From: Tubiluchus corallicola
Lineage: Eukaryota; Animalia; Priapulida
Assembly: GCA_030141605.1 (NCBI GenBank)
Contig: JAQGDQ010002376.1
Coordinates: 354,422 to 418,421 of the forward strand
DNA: 64,000 nucleotides
Direction: 5' to 3'
Shown: positions 13,901-24,584 of the stretch, piece by piece
Layout of the letters: each line of letters opens with the position of its first letter
Position numbering within the stretch: the first letter of the stretch is position 1
Made by a program: the position numbers and the translations under genes
The notes under the pieces: model-generated
The model's input: the letters and a program-made list of their open reading frames with translations, nothing else
What the model was told of the DNA's origin: nothing
The model's database searches: none

Positions 13901-16900
13901 TAAATATTTCTCTTCCCTATGGAAATGAAAAGTTAGTGTTAATTAATTAATGTTTTTTTGCAAAAAAGTAAAGAAATTAAACAAAATGTAAAAAGGTAAA
14001 AAACAGCAAAATATCCGTACACTACTGCACATACAAAAAATTACGACAGATTTCATAAAAAGAAAATAACTTTTATTAAGAACTTATAAAATGTAAAAAA
14101 AAAACATGTTACAAACGTTTTTCCAGTGATAGATTACACAAACAAACAACCAGCTTTATAGGCAGACACTACAGTAGAGAAATTATTCACTAACTATGTA
14201 TTTACAAGGAAGCCAAAATGTAATGAACAGAGAAACCTGTAAAGAAGAAAGAGAAGCTGTAAAAGTATAGCTAGGTGTTTGTAAACAAAGTTAAGGGAAT
14301 TGAACTACTTTGTACATTTACTGTGTCTCTTTCTTTTCTAAATGTGACGTTTTTTAACATTTTATCAGCTTTTAAGTTGTTTTCTCTTTATGGTACTGTG
14401 AGTGCCCATATAAAGACAAATTCCATTTTTATCATTGACTCTACCATCAGCATGTACAGGTAAGAAAATTCTTGTAAGGTTACCTATTCGAAGGAGACAG
14501 ATCGGCCATGATATACATTGTTTGCCCTGGCGTTGAAACAATGTGTTCTCTTTTTGCCATATCTTTGGAAGGCCGCTGATTCACGATATTCATTTTAGGC
14601 AAAACATCATCCCTGCAAATATACCGGAGCAAATGTTTTCTAATTCAATGTCCAAAAATTGCCCAATTTGACTAACCAATTTATTTTTAATTGTAAAACC
14701 ATAAACTTATTTATTACAAATTCGCTGTTTTAGTTGAATGTAGTACAGCACAAGTCACTAAGGTGAAGGAGAAGATTGAAGCTACCATACAGGAATTACT
14801 TATGAACAGGTCAGAATACATGTCTTCAATGAAACATCATTACATTTGAATAAGTTAATGTTTTTCTTAGATACAGGCCAATCAGATCAACAGTCAAACA
14901 GTATTGGTCATCAGTAATTAACAATCAATAAGAAACTAACTAAACGAATACAAAACAATTAATGAAACAATAAGCATTTCATTTCACACAGTGTACTTCA
15001 ATTACGACTTAAAATCATTAATCAGTACAGTAAACATAGTAAATAATTTGTGCATAAATTGTAATAAAACTTCAGTTTGCGACAATATCTGCTATGATCA
15101 ATCTAAAAAATAAATCATGTTTGCAGTAAATTGGTGTTTGCTTGACATTGATGAACATCAACAAAAATTGGTTTGCTGTTTCAAATTCTGATAAACCATC
15201 ATCACATTTTTACGTGGGGCTTTCATAAGCTCTGCATTGCCTAAAATTCATTGCTTATTTAGCAAATAATAATGAAGAAACAGATAATTTTTTACTCTCA
15301 TACTCATCAGTTTGGTGCCGAATAGGCTTCACACGTCTGTGCCGCAAGTTGCGCATTCGTTCTGCCACAAAAGTTTGTCGTTCATAAGGCGATGTCGTCA
15401 TTCGCTCGCACTGCTGAAATTAAATAACGAAGGTGTTTACTGGTAAAATAACAACAATCAAGCACTTAGTTTTGGTAACTTACCAAAAGTTTAAATGCTC
15501 ACAAAAGTCTGATTCTTCTTTACATTCCAAGTTAGCAATTGGTCCAAACACTGATTTTTGCAGGAATTTGTTGGAAAACTGATAAATAATGTGAATAGGC
15601 CTATAGCGATCCATCAATGTATGAATGCATTGGGATATTTTATATTATGATATGCGTATCGCCAAAACTTCACCTGTACTGTGATAATCTGAGTCAATGA
15701 CATTTAGTAAACTGGTACCCCTTGACAGTAAGCTGATAAAAACGATGTAAAGTAATTCAAGTTGTAGCTGTAAAGTGTACTCTAGGTACGTAACAATCAG
15801 TGCAGTGAGCGGTGGATGACTTAACACAGGCACAAAAGCGTTTGAAAACACAAGGTGTTTAATCTGCAATAGGCTAATTGCGTTGTTTACATATAAACTT
15901 GTGAAACAGCAAACGTGAACCAGAAAATACACAAGCAACTTTTAAACCAAAGGTATTGATATGCTTTGCTTTTATGGTGGCTTACAATGCAAACAATAGC
16001 CTGCAAATTATACAAGTAACAAAAGTTCGTTTAGCATTTATCAATCATAAAACTCTTGACTAGAACAAAATATCTTTAGCATTTATTATCAATTAGTTTC
16101 ACCTAGTTTTTTTATAAAACCTGCAAACCTTAGCTCAGGTGTATCGTATCGTGAGGCTAATATTGTGATATGTATCGTTATCATGACCTAGGTGTATCAT
16201 TACAGCACTAGTACTGAAGTAAGTATACTACTGCTTAGATTATTCTCAGATCACTAGTACTGGTAACCCAAAAGTCTCTGTTTCAAATCCAAAGTCAGTC
16301 TTGACTTGTACTTCCCTGTTCTGCTTTTTTAGAGACCGTATTTTCCTTGGCATATATCAGAATCAACATCAAAAGTTGTTTACCGATTCCAAATGAGGTA
16401 CAGTATCACAGTCAACGTAGCTGAAGAGTCTCGTTGTTGGCCGAGTTCTAAAAACAAAAACTGCTAAGAAACTGATTGAAGATCAAAATGAGACCAAAAA
16501 GTGGTCTTAATAAACGGTAGTTTTATTATGTAGTGGGCTGCTGCAAGCGTGTGTATCTAGCAAACTAAAGTACGTAAGCGCTTCACCCAAATTTAATACT
16601 ATACGACAATTAAACAAGAGGCAATGCTGAGCAGTTACAAAACAATCAAGTTTAACTTTCAGAGTGACTTTGACTAAGAAGAGCTTCACCTAGAAACAGA
16701 ATTTCAATTTCAACTGTGTGTCTTAAAAAATAGGCAAAGTACCAAAAAAACATTTTATTTTTTCATTTTGGCATTGTTCCTGGTGCCTATTACTGAAGAA
16801 TGTAGTCTAAGAAGAATGTGGTGCACTGGTTTTATTAACCGTATTTTCTTAACAACAGTTTCTATGGGGGGACCATGCCTGAATGTTTCCAAAATGCAGC

Positions 16901-19900
16901 TGGTTTAATTAAGCGGTGACTACTGTATCACAAATGGCACAGAAAGTGAGGCTAACTGTGTTATATATAGTCCAACTTCCAACATTCGTGAAATAATAAT
17001 TTCCACTAACCTCATCCCCTTTATTTCATTGTGATATTTTTGTTCCAACACTGAACTACACAAGCCTTCGTTGCTGTATATCTCGAACTCTCTCTGTAAG
17101 AAAACTTGTAATTAAGTATAAATGAATTTTGTGTAATTCATGGCCCCCTCTCTGTAAAAAGCCTAAACTAGAGTTGCTGTACAATACAACATAAAATACA
17201 CTAGAATCTTGTCAACAGCATCTCACAACGTTTGCGATTCTCAAAAGCATTACTGAAGTTCGGTGATTTTGTACAATAGAAACAATACATTGGAAAACTT
17301 GAAAGACTAAAAAATTCACCTTTTTTTACTTGGTTATCAAATCAAAAAATATGTTTGCATTTATTCAAGAATGTTCAATGAACATGGATTTTTGCATATT
17401 TTACGCATAGTCTTATCAGTAATGATTGAAGATAATTTGATTAACATTAGCCAGCATCATAAGTTTGTTTAGATACACAAAGTAATGAACACATAAGCAC
17501 ACTAGAATAGTGTCCAACACTTGATCTAATTAGTGAAATTCCAGATGTATCCAACTGAAATGAAAATACCATGGAAATTTAATAAAATATATGCAGTTTA
17601 TAGCCTGCACTTAACAGAATTTCTTCATTTAACACACAAGTGCACCAAATATATAAAAATGGTGAAAAGTGTTACCTGACTAAAAACTTTTTCTTGCCAA
17701 CCAAATATGAATTCATCTTCATCGTAGGATGATGCACTTCTAGTGTTTTTGAAATCAGTGAGTTCTACATCTTTAGCAAATGATTTGCCAGTGTCACCAC
17801 CGCCTCGCCTTCCAAAAAGTGACTGTGGTAACCCAGTTGCTGAGGTAACTTTCCGAAGTTTTACTCTGTAATTATATATTTAAAGTAGCTGACAATTTTA
17901 ATATAAATTGACAGCTAATAGACAAGTACAATGCATCTTAGACCTAAGCGGTATTTTCCTCATCATTACGTGAAAAGTTTTAATTAACCTTATTATTTAT
18001 GCTGGACTTCAAAAATATCCTCATGTGGGAGCTTCAGAGTACTCCCCTTGGCAGACTAATTGAACATCTGACGTGTGTTACTCCACAAATCACTGCGCAG
18101 CTCTTGTTGATGTGATGTTTCAATGTGACACTTTAATTACTTTAATCAAGGTTTTGGTTGACCCCATCTGTTTTTACTTATCTTTAGAATAACCTTTTTT
18201 AGTTTATTATTATCAAAATTTCTAAACTATCCATATGAATGTAAACTTTAAATACATTTTATCTCTAAATATATTTTATATACAAACTAATAAATGCTAA
18301 ATGAATTAATAAAACTGAATACGATAGAATACAATCATTTTATTTCGCACAGTACTGGTATTACATAAAGATGCAACAAAAGAATACCAAACGCGAGGGC
18401 AACAAACAACCATACATTAATGTACATGTTGCCCTATTCTAATATTATACTTTATAATATACTGTAGTTGTACAGTCTGCAGAAATTAATTTCTGTAATA
18501 TAGTATAAAAATTAAATGAAGTAGTGCAGAAATCGTAAAAAAATGTTTAAAACTTAGAATTGAGAATACCTGTACAAAAACCTACTAAAACGAATAGTAG
18601 TAAGCTATAAACGCGTATATAAACTTACCGTTTACCTAAAATCCATATGCTCACACATGTACATGCATATGTATATAAATTTACAGATTATATGTATATA
18701 TGAACAAAAAAATTATGGAATTATGAAATATGAACAAGAAAAAAAGATGACGGAATTAAGTCATTTCTGGAAACAGGACAAAAAAAGCACAGCTTGATTA
18801 GATTATAAATAGAGAATCTCATGACATGATTGAAGTGTTTTTACTTTTTTAATCATGCAATGGCATAAAACCATAAGTATGCTTATGCTATATTTTATAC
18901 ACACACACACGCACGCACGCATGCACGCACGCACACACACACACACACACATATACATTCATATACATATACACACATACATATAATATATACATGTGTG
19001 TTTGTGTTCTGTATATGTGTATATGCATATACATACTATACATATGCATATACACATATACAGAATACAAACACATACATACATATAAACATGTATGTAC
19101 GCATACATATATACTGATCATATATATATATACATATATATATATGATTTAAATACTAAACAAAGACGTGCATGGATTGGCGTGCTTGAGCTGCAGTTGG
19201 TGGTGCCCTTGTTTCCTGTGCATCGCCTCTTAGATGCTAGACTCTCATTTTGGCTTGCTGACTGCTCCATTTCAGATTGTTTTTTCAATATTCTGCCGAG
19301 AGTACTTTGGGAAATTTTCAACTGCGCTGCTGCACACCTCTGCACCATCTTTGGAAGTTTATCGTACTGCTCTAAAATTTTCAGTTTCTCCTTAACTGTT
19401 AGATCTTATGCTCCATTTTTCAAACTTCTTAACTCTATGCCCTTATTTACTGTATGATGTTTACTCTTGTAAGTCACAAGGAATACTGGCTGATTTGCAA
19501 CTAGAGCATCAAAATGAAACCGCTAGGCAAGGGATTAAATGTTCAGCTTCCAGAAATTCTTTGGGTTAACGAGGTTAATTGCAGTGGGCGAGAGGGTAAC
19601 ACATTCAAAGCAAAACTGCTACGCTAGCATGTTAGCGCATGATAAACGTACCTGTTTACAAACAAAACGGTACTTAACATAATTGTTTCTACATATATAA
19701 TGCATAAAAGGGAAGTAAAGGTGACATAAAAGTAGAAAAGGTTCTTTGGGCACATACAAATGTCTTATTTTAAGTACATGAAGAAAAATATTGAGCCAAT
19801 TAAGCGGAGTTATTTGAGTCAACTACCGATAGTTTTTATGTACATTTGAATAGAAGCGGCCCGTTCCAGGCATTTATGAGTCAATTAAGCGATTGAGTCT

Positions 19901-21296
19901 ATTAACCGTGAGTCTATTAAGCGGCGACTACTGTAGTTATATGTCGTGTTGAACAGTGTCAAAAGTTTTTGCAGGTTTAAGAATATGCTACATACAATTG
20001 ATTTTTTATCTAAACAGTGAAGAATATTTTCAATAAGTTCTGCTGTTGCTAGAGCAGTGGAATACGATTTTCAAAACCCAAATTGATATTTGGTTACTAT
20101 ATTATTTTTAACCAAGAATTTATTTAGATGCTTAAATATTACATTTTCAAAAATTTTAGCAATTGAAGAAAGGTTTAAAATTGGTCTGTAGTTGGATGGA
20201 TTTTAGGAGAATCGGTCTTATAAATGGTAGTTACTTTTGCAATCTTGAGACAGTCTGAAAAAATACCTTGAATTATTGATCAGATGAACTAATACCGGTG
20301 CAATAACATCAGCAGACAGCTTATAGAATTTAACTGATATTTCAGGGCCTGGTGATTTGCCTTCATTTAGTTTAGAGAGGGCTGCTTTAATCTTACATTC
20401 TGTAACAGAATATAGAAAAATTGATTAGTTTAAAGAGGGAGGTAAATTAAATTTAAAATTTGTATTGGAGGGTGTAATATTTTTTGCCATGTTTTGACCT
20501 ACTGATTGGAAAAAAATTATTGAAACAATTAGCAATGCCAAGAGGATTAGTGACAGTATTACCATTGTAATCTAGCTGCGTGGGTAAGATATATTTTTTG
20601 TTTTAGAGCTTCAGAACAGTACTGATTGTACTCCAGGTCTTTTTAATGTTATTTTTGTTTAGCATAAATAAGTGGCCATGGTGTTTCTTCTTTGAGTTTT
20701 GTTTAATACGGTTGAGTTTATTTGAATACAGTTTGTAGTAATTCGTTTTGTATGCAGATTGTGATAATTTATGTGTTTTATAGAGCTTTGTTCTCGTGCG
20801 AATAGAAGTGAGAATGCCAGGAGTAATCCAAGGCTTACGAAAATTTATCTGTTCTTTTTAGTGAGAGTGCAAAAGGGGCATGGTCATCCAGGCTACTTGA
20901 AAACACATCAGTAAAGTACTGGAAGGCATTATTTACATCTGGAATTATTAATATCCCAGAAGTGCAGAATTTAGATCAAAGAGAAAATTTTCTAATTTAA
21001 AGTTTCTAGTGTCTCGTTTGACTATTTTAGTGACATTTCACAGTATCTGCAATGTATTTACAATAGCAAAAATGGGTAAGTGATCAGCTAATTCATATAG
21101 GACTATACCGGCAGTGAGTGGATACTGTTAGTGTATCACTATATGTGATGTATAAGAGTTTTTGAGCGATGAGTCATGCGGGTTGGTTGTGTAATGACAG
21201 GAAAGAAACATTAATTCACCTTATTTTTAAATTTTTGATGGGATCACTCGATCTATAAATAGCTGTCCCAAATTCTGATTCCAATAGGTCAGCCAT
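7972..21296 (-). CDS. MKS1: MKS transition zone complex subunit 1 (B9/C2 domain), about 557 aa, 14 coding exons
   Basis: Exons (- strand) 21296-21220, 17865-17676, 17093-17011, 16447-16384, 15413-15304, 14612-14484, 13916-13783, 13381-13242, 12087-11982, 11061-10801, 9776-9643, 8938-8796, 8405-8368, 8036-7972; all GT..AG and phase-consistent. MKS1 motifs: [107 protein letters not shown]. Confidence 0.96.
11089..11847. mobile_element. Tigger/pogo-type MITE in an MKS1 intron
   Basis: TA|CACTAGTTGCTGCTTAATAAAA ... TTTTATTAAGTGGCGGCTACTG|TA; related partial copies at 12344-12720 and, inverted, at 16737-16926. Confidence 0.75.
11184..11641. repeat. Apparently perfect tandem duplication, 2 x 229 bp
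   Basis: 11184-11412 matches 11413-11641 with no mismatch seen by eye. Confidence 0.92.
12344..12720. mobile_element. Partial copy of the MITE family at 11089
   Basis: CAACAGTTGCCGCTTAATAAAACCAGC end plus shared interior (AATAGCAAAATGAAAAA, AAGTTAAAGTC). Confidence 0.7.
16737..16926. mobile_element. Inverted partial copy of the same MITE family
   Basis: Reverse complement of the 11089/12344 left end; ends TTAAGCGGTGACTACTG|TA. Confidence 0.65.
18898..19145. repeat. Compound (CA)n/(CACG)n/(TA)n microsatellite
   Basis: Directly visible; source of spurious ORF 18888-19121. Confidence 0.95.
19200..19933 (-). mobile_element. Tigger/pogo transposon remnant with frameshifted N-terminal CENP-B/psq-type HTH
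   Basis: - strand reads MEH/DLTVKEKLKILEQYDKLPKMVQRCAAAQLKISQSTLGRILKKQ (about 19416-19210); TIR GAGTCTATTAAGCGGCGACTACTG|TA at 19933 is shared with 6219-7029. Confidence 0.8.
20040..21210 (-). mobile_element. Decayed CR1/L2-group LINE ORF2 fragment (endonuclease end, linker, RT start) in MKS1 intron 1
   Basis: - strand remnants FFPVITQPTRMTHRSKTLI, LADHLPIFA, KPWITPGILTSI, NIKKTWSTI, KLNEGKSPGP; many stops and frameshifts. Confidence 0.8.
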
Positions 21297-21609
21297 AGGC
21301 ATTTTTTAATGAAATAAAACACTCAAGGTTCATATCAAGGTACCAACTACTCTTGGTAACAGTTTTAAATTCCGCACAGCATATGTAATGGTCTAAATCG
21401 TGCTACGGTTTAACTTTGCTCAGATTCTTGCCATTTAACATAGGGAGGCAACTAATAAAAAGTAAAACAAGAGTTCAGCGAACGCATAAAGCTTGGACAA
21501 GTAATCAAAAAATTCAACGAAAACAAAAATTTCGATTTTCACGCTTTGCCTTTGGCGCAAAATTTTCCAAGCGAAAACTTTTTTGCCAGGTGTTTTCGGT
21601 TTCAAAGCT
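21297..21609. promoter_or_regulatory. Probable bidirectional promoter region between MKS1 and the LITAF-domain gene
   Basis: Divergent ATGs at 21296 (-) and 21610 (+) with 313 bp between them; RFX X-box half-site GGTAAC at 21355-21360. Transcription starts are not visible from sequence. Confidence 0.6.
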
Positions 21610-24584
21610 ATGATCAAGAACCCGCTTTGTGCAACGCAGGTGTGCCTGGCTTACCCAGTCCAGCCTCCAGGTAAGTTACGTTGTTTTTGCTGCGTATGGG
21701 ATTATTCGTTATTACGAATTTGTCCCTCAAATTTAAATTTTGTGGGATTATTGGAATTTTGATAATAAAGTTAATATTAGTACTTTTGACTTTGTAATTT
21801 AACTTGTCTATCGGTATACTGCGCGAATTTGAACATAGTTCGATAATTTAATTAGGTTTGATTTGTTAATAATGTATAAGATTATAATGGTCTTCAAATT
21901 TGTCTTGTTGGTGGCTTAGTTTTCGTTAAAGTTATTGTCCTTTCGTTAGGCTTTCTGGTTTGCAGTGTGTATGGGGAGCTGTATAAAGGAAGTTCTGTTT
22001 TCCAAGCTATATTATCCGGTATTATTATCATGTTTCCTTTATAGCGTTTTTTTATGAAAACTATTATTATCCTAAATAGCATTAAATATAATTACTTTGG
22101 TTTTTTATTATTTGTGCTTGTAGGTAGCAATGTCCGATAAAAAAGCATCACCATCTGGTGCAACAGGTGGTTTATCAGTTGAAGACCTACGAGGAGCAAC
22201 TGGAGGGCTGCTTGTCGAAGATCTGTTCAATTTGCCTGGATTTAGTGAAGCCCCACCTCCATATGAATTTCCTATACGCCCACCACCACCTCGCAAACAG
22301 CGGACACATGTAGCAAAAAAACAGTTAGTTGATTTGCCACTTGAATCTAAAAACTCTGAGAAAAGTAGTAGTTCAGATAAAGTGAATGATGGCCAAAAAC
22401 ATGAAGATTCAGCTAGAGATGCATATGCACATAAAGGAGCTCGGCCTAAATACAGAACTTCTATTCCTGATGCAAATGTTCATGCATATGGTGATGCACT
22501 TCAAAAAAGCAATGGCAGCACAGATGAAGATATCCCTGATAAGGTAGCGGTGTGGTTGGAGACCGAACCAGACAAGCTTTCTCAAAAAAGTGAAGCGTCG
22601 TCTTTTCACAAAAATGATGAAGTTGATGATTATATTATTGAAACTCATATACGTACAGTACCCCTCGCCAGAGGAGCTGACAATGCTCAGTGTGAGTGCT
22701 AAATATCCAGTCATTAGCGTAATTACAAATTTATAATTATAAATCCAAACTGTAGAATTAGTCATTTTTTATTTTGTTATCCTTGAAATAACTAATTTCT
22801 AAATGACTTCTCCATTTTTGAGTCAATTCATGCCATGTCTGACATTACTGTGGTTCCAGTGCACACTTTAATCAAATGCTGACTTCAGGCTGTCAAGTCA
22901 AGATTATTCTTATGCTTTTTATTGTTTTGTGTGTACGAACGTGTATCACACACGGAACGTTCATAAAATGTTTAACCATAAAGCTGTATTAAACCTTATT
23001 TGGCATTAATTATTCGAGCAGTAGTTTGGATTTGACAAATTTGCAACATTTGCTTAAAAAATATTAGGTTCTTTGCGTTGATTCATCGTTCACATAATCA
23101 AAGATTTCCCATATGTAAAATGTCATAGAGTGATACACACGAAACGTTCTTAAAATGTTTAACCATAAAGCTGTATTAAACCTTATTTGGCATTAATTAT
23201 TCGAGCAGCAGTTTTGATTTGGCAAATTTGCAACATTTGCTTAAAAAAATATTAGGTTCTTTGTGTTGATTCATCATTCACATAATCTAAGTTTTCCCAT
23301 ATGTAAAATGTCATAAAGTGGTTTTTAAGTCTGCATTTTCTTGCAATTTCGAGAACTATTAATCACAGATGCATTTGTAGCAGATATACGGTCCGCTTGA
23401 ACTGTTTGAACTAGAAGGTGCAGACAAAAACCAATCTATGACATTTGACACATGGGAAATCTTCGTTTACGCTAGTGATGTATCAACTAATTTCATCACA
23501 TTCTTACAAAATATTTTTTCATTCCAGCGTGAATCATGAGACAAATGTTGTAAAATTGCAGTTAGTATGACGTGCAGTGAGGGTTGATTAGCAAAGTTGG
23601 TTTTGTTGCCTAACTAATGTCCTTTGATTTGTTTCATTAAATTTGTTTCATTTGAAAAATGACATTACGATGCTGTTTGGTGATAGTGATCTCCGTATTC
23701 TAAATATTATTGCTTCTCACTTCAGATTACAGGGTTTACCAGCCCGATGTTTACCAACAGACAACCATAGTCATCAATCCTATAAGTGGACTTGGGCCAC
23801 ATCCAACTACATTAGACTGTCCAAATTGTCATCATACAGTTATAACTTTATTAGAAGAGACTGCAGGAACTGCAGCGTGGCTTATGAGCTTAGCTTGCTG
23901 TCTTGTGGGGTAAGTCTAATTTTGACAGGTTCAGCTAGCACTGTGAAGTTTAAATAGTTCATATGCGCAGTTATTAGTCTAAGTCATTTAACACAAAAGT
24001 AATGTGGACTCCGCAGATCCGGGTTCCATTCCCACCTAAGTTATGCTAAGATCTTAAAAATGATAACCCTGATTCTTTGATAAGAATGCAGATTTACTGT
24101 GTCAAAGTAATAATGCGTGGGACGAACAAGAATCCACCATAGGTGGCTTGGACTCATTCCTGCAAAATGCTCAACAAACGTATAGCAATTTTTTATTGTG
24201 TCTGCATCAACAATAACAGGACTAGTGACTTTGGGCCCATTCAAGGAACGGGTTCAGTAAGTGCTTTCTTTGCCACTTGAAGGCAGAGATAGTTTAGTGC
24301 CTGTAAAATGTGATGATATTATGGAGGTGGATGTTTTGACGATAATCATTACCACTTTTGACCAAAACTCACAAGTTTTATTAAAATGTTGATGCGACAT
24401 TTATAATTTGTTTCCTTAGTAGTTCACTCCAAAAGGACTACAAAATTTAGAAACCAACTGCTTTTCTTTCAGTTTATGGGTAGGGTGCTGTTTGCTGCCA
24501 TGTTGTGCTCCTGGTTTGCAGGATGTTCATCACATCTGTCCCACGTGCCGCTTTCATGTAGGAACGTATAGACGCATGGAATAA
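21610..24584 (+). CDS. LITAF: LITAF/SIMPLE-domain protein (LITAF/CDIP1 family)
   Basis: Exons 21610-21670 (may be coding or UTR), 22124/22128-22691 (ATG at 22130), 23726-23909, 24473-24584. Domain: PTTLDCPNCHHTVITLLEETAGTAAWLMSLACCLVGLWVGCCLLPCCAPGLQDVHHICPTCRFHVGTYRRME*, i.e. CxxC, hydrophobic Cys-rich segment, HxCxxC. PPPY motif in exon 2; 285 aa from 22130. The symbol is a family-level call. Confidence 0.9.
22948..23321. repeat. Tandem duplication, 2 x about 187 bp, in a LITAF intron
   Basis: ACACACG(G/A)AACGTTC..AAAATGTTTAACCATAAAGCTGTATT starts at 22948 and 23135; a few mismatches. Confidence 0.9.
23965..24290 (+). mobile_element. Decayed tRNA-derived SINE
   Basis: B-box-like GGGTTCCATTCCC at about 24021 followed by a GC-richer body inside an AT-rich intron. 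Confidence 0.4.

Noticed and set aside
17989-18067. Possible MKS1 start exon near 18060
   Set aside because: Stops in frame; the first coding exon with the conserved YRSxDPxxNL motif is at 21296-21220.
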